Source: Takakia lepidozioides
Lineage: Eukaryota > Plantae > Bryophyta
DNA: 64,000 nt
Direction of reading: 5' to 3'
Assembly (NCBI GenBank): GCA_030704615.1
Contig: CM060731.1
Span: 70,556,001 to 70,620,000 of the forward strand
Within the stretch, counting starts at the first letter, position 1. Every line of letters starts with the position of its first letter. This document shows positions 35,587 through 46,959 of the stretch, one piece after another. Both the position numbers and the translations under genes were made by a program. A model generated the notes under the pieces. The model was given only the letters and a program-made list of their open reading frames with translations, was not told the origin of the DNA and made no database searches.

Positions 35587-37041
35587 CTACTCCGTCTTAT
35601 ATACGTCTTTCGGCTCAGGCCAATTGAATGGCTTGCCCATGAACCAAAGTACTACATGGGCTAATGTGACTCTCTCATTCTTGTTGTTGTCGTACAACCT
35701 TTGTAGCATTGAATGCCAACGACCTCCCGTAAATTGGTCCTCAAACATACTTTGATCATAATGAGCGCCGTCATTTATTCGTACCGCTATCTTCCCAATG
35801 GCAAAGGCCTCCGATGTCATGTCCTGGGGGGGGGGCATTTGCATTGAAAACCGATGCAATATTTTTTTCCACCCACCATCTTTTCGCGAGTTTCCGGTCC
35901 AGCTTGTCTTGGTTTTTAAACTGGTATGACGAGGCTTTGCGTATGCCCAATGGGGTGGCTAAGTCCCAATCACACTCCCCAATCTTGATCTCCTCGGTGC
36001 CATCTGGGAAATGCAACAAGATGTTGTCAGGGGACAAGTCGTTGTGCATGACACCGTTCTTGTGGACAACATCCATGATGCACACCAGTGCCCATGCAAG
36101 TTTACTGCGCACTTTCTGGAAACAAAGCAAGCGATCGCATTCCTGGAACTCTGCTTCCATTCCCCTTTGTTCCAAAATCACCCCGTTGTCCGAATCGTTG
36201 CCCCATTTTCTGTCAAGGTTCTCATGTCGCGTATTGTTCCCCCCATTTCACCAGCGAGTGTAACCCTCTATCTCACGTGCATTCACAGCAAAATATGAGA
36301 TAACACCCGGATGCTGGAACTTCACTGCCAAACACTCGTCGTTATGTTGTCTCAACGCCTTTTCTGGATTTTTGGACTTGGGTTTTTTTCCCACTAGCTC
36401 CCAACGCTCCGGTATTCTAGAATCGCCAACAATCCTACACTGACGAACCTTAGCATAGCCTTCTTCTTTGTAAGGGCCAATCTCTACCACCTTCGTAATA
36501 GAGTTCAAGTAATAAAGACCAGTTGTGCCTCCCCCGCCCGATGACCCTGCCTTCCAAGGGACAACCCTAGTCCGACGATGTGAATTTTGACTTGCCGAGC
36601 AAGCCCAATTCTCAACATGTCGCATTAACCCAACTTCGGCGGATGGCACTCGACCCTCGGTTGCTCTATCCTTCCATGTCTTCATTAGCTGCCTCAAATT
36701 CCACGTGGCGTCTTTCGCCCTGCTTTGGATCCACCGATTGAACTTCGGCTTGTCCCGGTCCGCCGTCCACTTAGCCCCCGCCAAAACGTTTGTCATTTTC
36801 CTCTGCATATTTTGCTGGAAAATCTGAAACCCCTCCCATCCATGCCTGACATAAGCACTCTCTAGCCTCATCATGTCCCTACCCTTGAAATAATCCACTA
36901 CCACTGCTTTCACCCTATCCAAGGATCTGGTCCTGGGTAGTCTGGCTTGTTGACCTGGCTATCCCGCTCGTGGGCACGTTTTTTCTTTCTCCGACCCCCA
37001 GACGACCCCGCCCCAAAACTTGAATTCATAACCCCCGACAT
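35587..37041 (-). pseudogene. Intronless protein kinase pseudogene
   Basis: EEGYAKV (Gly-loop remnant), LVGKK, QHPGVISY, VHKNGVMHNDLSPDNILLHF (catalytic loop), IGECDWDLA (DFG-equivalent). Split over ORFs 36248-36922, 35771-36181 and 35587-35859 by stops and frameshifts. Probable ATG at 37041. Confidence 0.85.
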
Positions 37042-37664
37042 TGTATAAACCTTTGCCCACTACAGGGTCCAAAACCTCAGAAAACGACAATGAACGCGTG
37101 TGGATGGTGTCTTCGTAGTTTTATGCAAAAAAACAGGCCGCCGGAGATCCGAAAACGGCAAAATGGTGATACGATGATTGAACCGTGAACAAGTATGTGG
37201 GATTGACCAATAGAAAAACCGACAAACCCCCCCCAAAAAAATAATCACCTTTGCACCTCCCGTTGGCAGTGCCAAGCAACGAAGTCCGAAAGGACTACAT
37301 GATGCCAAGGAACCGCACCACAAGAGGGGCAAAAATGATTAGAAAAGGAGGGGGGAATGGTTTATATAGACGCCCACCAGCAACCCCCCCCCCAAAAAAA
37401 AAAATGGCATTATGCTTGAAAAGGCGCGACAGGCCAGTGGCGCCTCACCACGTGTCAGCGCGGCACGACTGCCCAGTCGCACCTCGCCACGTGCATCCAC
37501 ATGGGAGAGGTCAAGGGTTCAAAACCACCTCCCCCCATCCCATTCGTTTCGTTTTTCCTGATCCGTGGCATCTCGCCACGTGGCTGGCCAGGCGCCGCTT
37601 CATGATTAAAAAATTAAATACAAAACGCCACACGGCGGGTCCCTGGATTTCTAAGAAAAAAAAA

Positions 37665-38310
37665 ACACGCGACCGCCATGCGGCGGTCGCTATATTTATA
37701 AAAACAAGAAGAGCGACCGCCACATGGCGGTCGCTCTTTTTTCCAAAAATATATTAAATAAACGACCGCCTACTGGAGGTCACTTAATTCAATATTCAAA
37801 ATATAAATAAGCGGCCACCTCGAAATGGCGGTCGCCTCATTTTAAAAAATATATTAAGTAAGCGACCGCCAATAGGCGGTCGCTTAATTTAAGAATCAAA
37901 ATCGAGCGATCGCCTCCAAATGGCGATCGCTGCATTTTTCAAAAATTAACTAAAGAAGCAACCGCCAAACGGAAGTCGCTTTATTCAAAGAATACGAATA
38001 AAAAACAAGTGACCGCTGCTAAATGGCAATCGCTAAATTTAAAATATATATATAGCGACCGCCACATGGCGGTCGCTGTATTTTTACAGAATATATCAAA
38101 GATATAATAATAATAATATAATAAAGTGCGAGCAACCGCCAATATGGGCGGTCGCTTCATTTAAAACATAATAAACTTCAACCGACCGCCAATATAGGCG
38201 GTCCCTTATTTTAAAATATAATACAATACACTGAAGCGATAGCCAATATGGGCGGTCGCTTTTATTTTTAAAATAATAAATTTTATGCGACCGCCAATAT
38301 AGGCGGACAC
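37665..38310. repeat. Second GCGACCGCC..GGCGGTCGC palindrome array (about 14 copies), A-rich linkers
   Basis: Same palindrome as 30265-32140; linker strand bias is reversed. Confidence 0.9.
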
Positions 38311-38506
38311 ATTTAAAAAAAGAATTAATAAATATTAATAATTGGCCACGTCTGTTTTACACCGTGGCTGCCATGTCATTACAAAGGGTAGAAGTGACTT
38401 ACAAAGGGTAGAAATAAATCGTAAAAGTCAAATGTAAAAAAAATTACATGGGTAAACGTCTGGATTCGACGTGACAGCGCCACGTCACGTCAGGAATGAT
38501 AACTAG

Positions 38507-41500
38507 GCTTACATGAATTTGAACATGAATAAACCCTGCCCTCCCATCCTGTTTTATCATGATTGAATGGGTGTTGTCACTTGATCTGCTATGACAAGTC
38601 TGGAAATGTTAGATGGTGCCCTGTCATGGGCTGTTTATGTCTTTAATTGACAATGACCCTAATCGGTCTTGTCCATGTCTTGACATGACATGAATATCTT
38701 CCCACTCTCTCCCTCTCTCTTTTTAATTTTTTCTACCCCCTCTCTCCCTCTGTGGTTTGTTTTTTTTTGTGAGCAGCACACAAAAGATGAGAGAGGGAGA
38801 GAGAGATGGAGATGGAGAGAGACAGGGACAGAGAGAGGGAGTGAGAGGGAGAGATTAGGAAACAAACAAAAAAGGTGGGGGGGGGGGGGGGGGGAGTGAC
38901 TTAGCAGCTGCTCAGTCACTCCCCCCCCCCACTTTTTTTTCTTTTTCTTTGATCCCCCTCTCTCCCTCTATCTCCCTCCTCGGAATTGGCCGGTTGTATC
39001 AGTGTTTTTTCTTCCTGTTTTTCTATCTATACCGGATGGATTCTAAACAGTGTTTTCACCTGCCCTATAGCGATTTTTTATCCATACCGAATGAATTACC
39101 TGGGTGGACACTAAATTACCTCTAAACTGGGTCTATGATTTTTTCATTCCTCTTTTATTGACTTTCATCCATACCAAATGAGTCACCAGAGAATGAGGAA
39201 TTACCTCTGTAGAGGTTGACACTGGCATCCTATATATAATTTTTCCATCCATACCGGATGAAAAATACCAGGCTATTAATTCGTTTATTCCTCTTTTATG
39301 GCTTTTTTCCGTACTGGATGAGGCATTTTTTTGGGGGATGTTGAATTACATGTAAGTATGTGAAACCGTTGCCTTGGATGTTATGTACTGTTTTTCCATC
39401 CTACTGACGAACCTTCTCCAACTGGATGAACTTATTGACTTTTTCATCTGAACCGGATGAAATATGCAGCCTATGATGGCCCTGGACTGTTGTTTAATTA
39501 CCCTTAATTATGGCTAATTAAGGAGTGAAACCCTAACCCCTACCCTATAACCTATTGTTTAAACCTAGCTAACGGATGACATCCGTCGGGTTTCGAAAAA
39601 AATGGTGCTGATTACTCATCCTACACGGATGAAAAATTGGGCATGGCCCTAGGGTGTCTCTCCCGCCTTCAGCAGCAGTCCTCGTGCTTCTGAGCTCGTG
39701 GGATGAGAGTTATGGCATCTGTGTTTTGCTGCTACCCTGTCTGCTGCTTCGTATCCATGCTGGACGAGCTCCTGGGGATGCGCAATGGCGGCGTTTTGTC
39801 TCTTCTCACAGGCAGGAGACAATGCTATGAATGCATCATCTCTTTCCCTTCTTTGGCTTTTATGTTTCGCAGCGGCGTTTGTGTTGGGAAGTATATCTCT
39901 CTCTTCCTTCTTAAACCTTATCATTAGCTGTGCTGGAGGTGGCTTGCTGGTGGCGATGGCGCACAGTTATCTTCCCCAATCGCTCGAGGTGCTTTTGGTG
40001 ATTAGGGTTTCTTTTACTTTATATCTTTCTCTCTTGCTTTTGAGGTTCTTAGTTGACATCGATGACAAGTGTAGGGGTCTGTGATTCACCTGAGGTTCCA
40101 CAATCCTCTCTAACCTGTTGGTTTTTGTGGGGGCTTGTGATGGGACCAGGTGAGGATCCCTACTTGCTTTGAATTCTTTTGAGCTTGCAGATAAGGATGT
40201 GGGCAAAAGGAATCTATTCTGTATGGCGTCATGACTTGGTTGCCGCCTGCAGCCCTGATTTCGGCCCGCTTGCTCCTAGTTTGGCATGCCGATGCTTACT
40301 TTTGACTTTTGTTTTGCTGCCGGTGATGGAGCATTTCGGCCTGGCAGGCCTGTCTCTTGAAGCCCAGCATCTGGACCTTACCTTGTCTTGAATCTTTGAC
40401 AGCATTGCTTGTGGATTTTTAAACTAGGTACAGTTTTGGCCTTAAAAGAGGAATGATGGTTTAAGGGTAAAGGCATCAATGGCTGTTAGGTTCTAAGGAA
40501 GAGGAGGCCCTGTTTTTAAAGATGGCAGCTTGATAAGGCAATGACAGGCCTCTTTCAGGCCTAGATTTGATGTGGAATGGAGCATAGGGAGGTTCTATTT
40601 GCAAAACATGGCATTAGCCTCCTGGAAAACAATGGTGGTAAGCTCTAATGGACCTTTGCCAGTGATTATTTGCCTCATTTTGCCATCAGACCAGCCACCT
40701 GCAATGTATGATTTATGTTTTTGGCCAAGTGGGCTTGGTCTGGGGCACTCAAAGTGTATGCGTGTCCATATCTTGAAGCTGTAATATGGCAGGCCTTTCT
40801 TCCATGCCAAAATGCCTTACATTATGCATATCTTGGGGCAACTGTACATGGTGTAGAATGAAGTTGCAGTCTGTCTTGTCATGCCCAAGTGGGTCACTTG
40901 GTTGCATGTTTGGAGTCTGATAAACTGCAGGCTGGTCCATCAAGATCCTTGTGTACACAGGTCTTGAATCTGTACAATGACAGGCTGTTCTTACCTACCC
41001 AAGAGGCCTTGCACGATGCATGTCTTGGGGTACTTACAATTGGCCAAATGTGAAGCTGCAATATGGTTTGTCATGCCCAAGAAGTTTACTTGGTTGCATG
41101 CCTGAAATGTAATTAATTGCAGGCTGGTCCTTCAAGGTACTTGTATGAACATATCCGTAGTAGGACAGGCTGTTCTTACCTACCCAAGGAGCCTTGCATG
41201 ATGCATGTCTTGGGGAACTTACAAACGGCAAAGAACGATGTTTTGTCATGCCCAAGATGTTTACTTGGTTGCATGTTTGAAATCTGGTAAATTACAAGCT
41301 GGTCCTTTAAGGTGCTTGTATGTACATACCCTGAATCTGTAGTAGGGCAGACCTTTCTTACCTACCCATTGGGCTATTTACAGGATTTTGGACATGAATG
41401 GACCCCTCCCTCCCACCCTGTTTTATCATGACTGAATGGGAGTTGTCACTTGGCATGCTATGACAAAATTGGAAGTGTTAGATGGTGCCTTGTCATGGGC

Positions 41501-41580
41501 TGTTTATGTCTTTAATTGACATTGACCCTAATGGGTCCTGTCCATGTCTTGACATGACATGAATATTTTCCCACTCTTCC
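38507..41580 (+). repeat. ~2.9-kb macrosatellite-like unit, copy 1, plus the start of the next unit
   Basis: 38955-41575 is nearly colinear with 54885-57555; 38510-38710 recurs at 41378-41577. Confidence 0.9.
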
Positions 41581-43415
41581 TTTTCCAGTGTACTTAGTGG
41601 TGTTTGTACACACTATCTACCGTCTTCCTTTCTAGTTATTTCATTTCCAAGCTGTGTTACTAACAAGGATTCTTATGAACTGGCAGTTGTCCAGCATATA
41701 ACTTCTTGGGTAGGAAGGATGAAGATCAAGCTTTCTTGGTGTATCAGTCCCTGACCTCCACCATTTCCAGCAACACTGGCTGCCATAAGTCACCCCAAGG
41801 GACCTCATTTGCCACTATGCAAGGGCTGGATTCTGAAGTTCTGGAGGATTCTCCGACTCTAAACATCCTGGAGGACAGCTGCAGACTGATTGAAACCCAC
41901 GCCCATGGCAGGAAATTCATTACTCATGCGGCAAAACCTACCCCCTTGGGATTCGTACATATGCTATACCCCAATTGAGGTATGGAATGGATAAGCCCTA
42001 AAAACATGATTAAGGAAGCATTGGTTGCTCATGGCCAACATGACCTTGCTCTCCTTGTTGATGAGATTGTCTTTGGTTGGACCTATCATAAACAATGCAG
42101 TACTGAATTCTACCAGCCTGCTGTTGTTTTCCGTGATTTCAAATTCCTGCAAGATCTGATTATGTCACCAGAATGCGTCTGTGACAGCACAAACAGGTTT
42201 CGTGTGTTTGGTGATGAGGCTACTAAAACAGAGTTCCATCTACATGGCTCTGTTCCCAAACAACATGTACATACCATGGATCTTAACATCATCAGACATG
42301 ACCGTTTGAAAGCAGTGTTCAGCCTAGCACATAAGAACTCAAGCATACCATCGACTGATGGGTAAAGATTTCAAACCCTGTTATGAAAATGAGGTATGGC
42401 TTTCACCCGATTATGTCTTGTTAAGCATTTCTGAAGATTTACAGAAGTTGCTACCTGAAATACCAGCAGTGGCATGTAACCTCCCCTACATGATGGGAAT
42501 TTACAAACTACACAAAAAAGAAGTACCGCTGGATACTAATGCCCACAATTGTATTTTCAGCGAACTTGCCAGTCTATTGACACGTGCCACCATGGACCTA
42601 TTGCCTTGGGTAAAGGAATGGGTCAAAGCACGGCTTGATACTTATGAGAATTTTTTCAAAGTGTCCACTTCCATGTACTGGATAATAGACAACATCTCTG
42701 ATTTTACTCGGAATCTACCTGCAAAGATCCATGACGTGTTTGTCGCTGACATCACTCAATGTTACGAAAACATACCTTCGAGAGGTGAAGATAATTTGGG
42801 TGTCGCCATCGAATACGTGGTTCAGATTGCCTTTCGGCAATACCACATTGCCCACCCTCGATCCAACCACTCACTATGGATTCCAGCCAGGAATAACACC
42901 TTTCGGGAAATGTACGTGGGGACCTTCCTTGCCTAAAACTGGTACGTGGATTGAGCTCTCCGAAGCTAGATTGCTTGGGCTCCACAAATGGTTGATGACT
43001 CATTGCTTTGTTGCTTTGGGGGATCGAGTTTGGCAACAAGTTTCTGGCATACCCATGGGTTTTTCATGTTCTCCTCTATGGTGTAACATTTACTTCTTGT
43101 CCTATGAACTAAGATTCATCCTCCGTTTGGCGGCTCTAGGACTGGTCTAGCTTATGGCTAAATTTAAATCAGCCTTCCGGTACATTGATGACATCTGCTG
43201 GTTGAATGTTGGTGATGCTGAGCTATTTCTTGATCCTTCTACGGACAGAAATAGCCTAAACCCATGGTGGGTTTACCCACTCAATGTAGTGGAAATTAAA
43301 CCAGAGTTATTAAGAACCAAGGATGGTACACCTTACACTGGCCTGGAAGCTTGTTTTATGAATGTACAAATCAGTGTACTGGATCCTGATACTGGTTTGT
43401 TTCAGTTCCGGAAAC
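41581..43415 (+). mobile_element. Penelope-like element RT pseudogene, 5' part (interrupted by Gypsy insertion)
   Basis: PECVC..HVHTMDLNII; LPYMMGIYKLHK; FVADITQCYENIP; QQVSGIPMGFSCSPLWCNIYF..YE; AFRYIDDICWL. The frame continues FRK/YDKR after 54351. Confidence 0.85.
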
Positions 43416-44153
43416 TGTTAGAGGGCTGTTTGGGACTTAGACAGTTTTATGGGTTCTGTGGCGTACTCTTAATTTTTGCGCAGACTTCCGGATGGTAGAC
43501 TTAGACCAACACAAGCCTGAGGGGTAGTAGATAGGCTTACATAGTCAGTCATAGTCTTACACAGTTAGACACAGCCTTATACAGCTTACACAGCCTATCA
43601 TAGTCTATTACAGCCCGACACAGCCCGACATAGCTTCACACAGCCAGTCACAGCCTGACATGGTCCGACACAGCCAGTCACAACTCGGCACAGTCACAGC
43701 ATTCACAGTTTGACACAGCTCGTCACAGCATTCACCGGGAACGGTCACCATGTCAGGGAACGACTATGTGGGAACGACATCTACAGAGGGAATGTACATT
43801 CTGTCTGGACGACAGTTAGTTAGTTAGGCGGTTAGAACAGCTTGCAGGTAGAATAGGCAGAGTAGCAACAGGGAGGACACTTCTGGGATCACGACTTGGC
43901 CATCGGAGAGAGAAGGACGATCTGGAGCTGAGGGATGGAGAGCGCAGTGGAGGAGGAGACACGTAAACAATACGGTAATTTGCTGACATGAAGGTAAGAA
44001 GGAACACAAACAGGAAACACTCCCATGATACACTAGTTGTAGGTCATGACTGATTGTTATGAGCGGGCTGAGTGCTTAGAGATATCCAACTCTTCTATCT
44101 TGGAGTTCTCACCTCAGATAGCAAAGGGATGGGTGAGTAAAAGCCGCTCGACA
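43416..44153 (+). repeat. 5' LTR (738 bp)
   Basis: tgttagagggctg...gccgctcgaca; lacks ~200 bp present in the 3' LTR. Confidence 0.93.
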
Positions 44154-44559
44154 TTTGGCGACCATACTGGGGAACTGGGTCAAGAACAACCAGATGTGAC
44201 AGGCATCTGGTGGGATCATGGTGCTTGGAGAATCAAAGAATTTGATGTGAATCAAATTCCCTGTGGAACTGAGAAAGAAAGATTGTCCAAACAATTCTTT
44301 CAGAGGTTCTTGGAATTGCCAGACGGTTGCAAAGAAAACATTCTTAAGAGAGTGCATGATGCTGATCCTGAGTGGGCAGAAAGGGGTGATAAAGATTTAT
44401 CAAGTGGCTTGTAGAGGGAGAGCAAGTTGGTTACCAACATTGGTTTATGTGATAGCATTGCTATCCATTAAACGAGTGGAGTTTGAAGGCTGGGAGGAAC
44501 GGAAAGTGAATGTTTACGAAGCTAGACTCCACAGATATTGAGCGAAAAGATAAAGTAAT

Positions 44560-46904
44560 TTGAAAGCTAATTATCCATATCTTTGGGAGAGAAGAATAGA
44601 CATAGGGGAACCTCTTACACCATTAAGACCAGAGAGTACATCACCCATACCGGAAGAACCAGAGTTGGATGCCACTCTTTCTTATTCTTTACAAGAAAGA
44701 TTAAGGGATTTGGTACAGAAAGATGATCAGCCACGAGGGGAAAGATCTGAGGTACATCCTTGGATTAAAGATTTGACAGAAACCTTTGATCAGAGTTGGC
44801 ATGGGACACCAAAAGCAGGAACTCCAGTTTCTGAATCACAAGACAAAGAAGGAGAGGAAGATGTGGCAGAGCCAACGGAGAGTTCAGACTCTCCAATACC
44901 ACTTCAGTTGAGTTATATGAGTGAGGAAGAGGAAATCCAAGAAAAGAACTTGGAAGATGAAAACAGAGAGAAGAATTTGGAAGATGATGAGTATGAAGAA
45001 GTAGACCCAACAGTTGAGGTTGAGACTACAACCAGGACATCCCAACCTGTTGGACCTGGATCAAGTGGAACACTTGAATCACAAGCCAACAAAGGTGTCG
45101 GCTCAGGGGGATCAAGCGGGCAACTTGGATCTGGCTCTGGGGGGACAGGGAGTATGGGAAGTAGTGCAACTGGAGCTGGGGATACTGTAAGTATAGAGGG
45201 GCCAGTAGCAGGGAGTGCTCAGGGGCCAACACTTGGTGGGAGTTCCACCACTACAACAACAGGTCCTCCGCACCAACAGGAGGACCAGCACCTGTTAGTG
45301 GGCAGGGTATAGGGCCACAGATGGCGGTACCTCCAACATGGGCAAAACCACCTTTTCCAATATATGCAGGAAAAGGGGACCCTGATGTACACATCAGCCA
45401 ATTTGAGCACATGTGTATTGTAAACAATGAGAATGGCGATGATGCCAAGATGAGACTGTTTCCTTGTTCACTTATCAAGAAAGCAAGTGAATGGTATGCA
45501 AGGTTTCCTAACAATCATTTCCTAACCTGGAATGGCCTTAGTACAACACTCCGAAACAGGTTCAGGACAAGCAAAACTGAGGATGAAGTGTATGGGAGTT
45601 TGCAACAGTTAAGGCAAAGGAAGCATGAAACTGTTGAAGAGTACATGGAAAAGATGGAGTTAATGATGAAAAAGCTGGCTGTTGTACTAGCACCAGGGTT
45701 ACAGAAGACCTGGTTTGTGAGTGGATTAAGACCTGAATTACAAAAGAAATTGGATATGCTACCCCATAATACAGTGGAAGAGGCATTTGAAACAGCCAAC
45801 AGAATTGAGCAATTGGGGATGCTCAGGAGAGAGAAAATGGACTCTGAAGATGAGTCAGATGAAGAAGAAGAGCAAGAGCTCAAGAGGAAGAGTAAGAAGA
45901 AGGAAAAGCTGAAGAGGGATAACTATGAGAAAAGACTGGAAGAAATCTTGAAAAAATATGCCACAGAGGCTGCAACACATTGGAGGAAGGGTGTTTGGTG
46001 TGCAAAATGCCAAAATGAAGGCCATACCACAGCTGAATACCACATGAAGGAGAAACGCTATACTATCTGTAAAATGGATAACCATTCTACTGAGAATTGT
46101 TATTACAACAGAAAGACAGCTGCAAGAGAACCTAGACAAGTGAGGGTGCATCAAGTGCAGCCCCAGCCAAGAAGAAACAATGATCAGGACCACTATGGTA
46201 GGCCTGGTGGATATAACAATGGTATGCCAAGGAGAGATAATCCAAGAGGGAATTACCAAGGCAATCCCAGAGGCAACTATCAGGGTAATCCAAGGGGGAA
46301 TTACCGGCCAGGGAAGCAGGATTATAGAAATAATCCTAGAGCAGACCAAGGGCAAGGACCCAATGGTGAAGAACTGTGTTACTATTGTAACCAGGCAGGA
46401 CATCACAAAGCAGCCTGTCCATTCTGGATCAGACACCAGAATGAGATGAGAGCTCCTGTGAATGAGGGCCCAGTGGTGGCAGCTCACATGGTTAGGCCAT
46501 GTTTTGTACCAGAAGTAAGTACAATGATAGTTACCAGAAACAAAGATAAACTAATACCTCTAGTGGATGAGGAAGAAGATGTTAATGAAGATGGCAGTGA
46601 TGTGCCTGAAGATGATGAGGCTTGGAGAGATGAGAATGAACTGCACAAGGAAGTGGCTGATACCATAAGGGAAATGCAGGAGGATACTGATATCCCTATG
46701 GCAGATTCTTCTGACTCTGAAAGAGAAGATGAAGAAGGGGAAGAGAAAGTGAAGCAGGAGGCTTCACAAGTGCAGGGTAATGAAGGGACTTTGGCTGAAG
46801 TAATAGCCAGTCCAAAGCTGAGATTATCATTGGACAGCTATTGGTTGTGGCACCTCATTGTAGGCACAGGCTGTATCAAGCAATCAATCAGATTGCTCAT
46901 GTGA
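44560..46904 (+). pseudogene. gag (frameshifted) with an acidic/Gly-Ser-rich N-terminus and three CCHC knuckles
   Basis: DPDVHISQF..LFPCSL..ASEWY..LRQRKHETVEEY..FVSGL; CAKCQNEGH, (Y)TICKMDNHSTENC, CYYCNQAGHHKAAC; RGNYQGNP x3. Confidence 0.88.
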
Positions 46905-46959
46905 CACAGAACACAGACCTGAATAGTAAGGTGACCAGTTATAATGTGAAGCCTGAAGG

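Larger units (their letters stand above)
29452..38506 (+). mobile_element. Putative large Helitron-like element (3' portion) with cargo pseudogenes and palindrome arrays
   Basis: Ends in hairpin GACGTGAC-agcgccac-GTCACGTC (38468-38491), 11 nt, then CTAG (38503-38506), exactly where the next repeat begins. No Rep/helicase in the window, and the next base is G rather than the usual T. Confidence 0.5.

Noticed and set aside
39360-39415. Hammerhead ribozyme from gaaac...ctgacga in the macrosatellite
   Set aside because: Required stems II and III do not form, and the core is not conserved in the diverged copy near 58230-58280.
39528-39552. True telomere or telomere-addition site
   Set aside because: Only about three degenerate units at a fixed internal position of each repeat copy; more like a telobox.
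39649-41255. Short ORFs repeated in the macrosatellite copies as real genes
   Set aside because: Frames are not preserved between copies, there are no recognisable domains, and recurrence is explained by DNA repetition.
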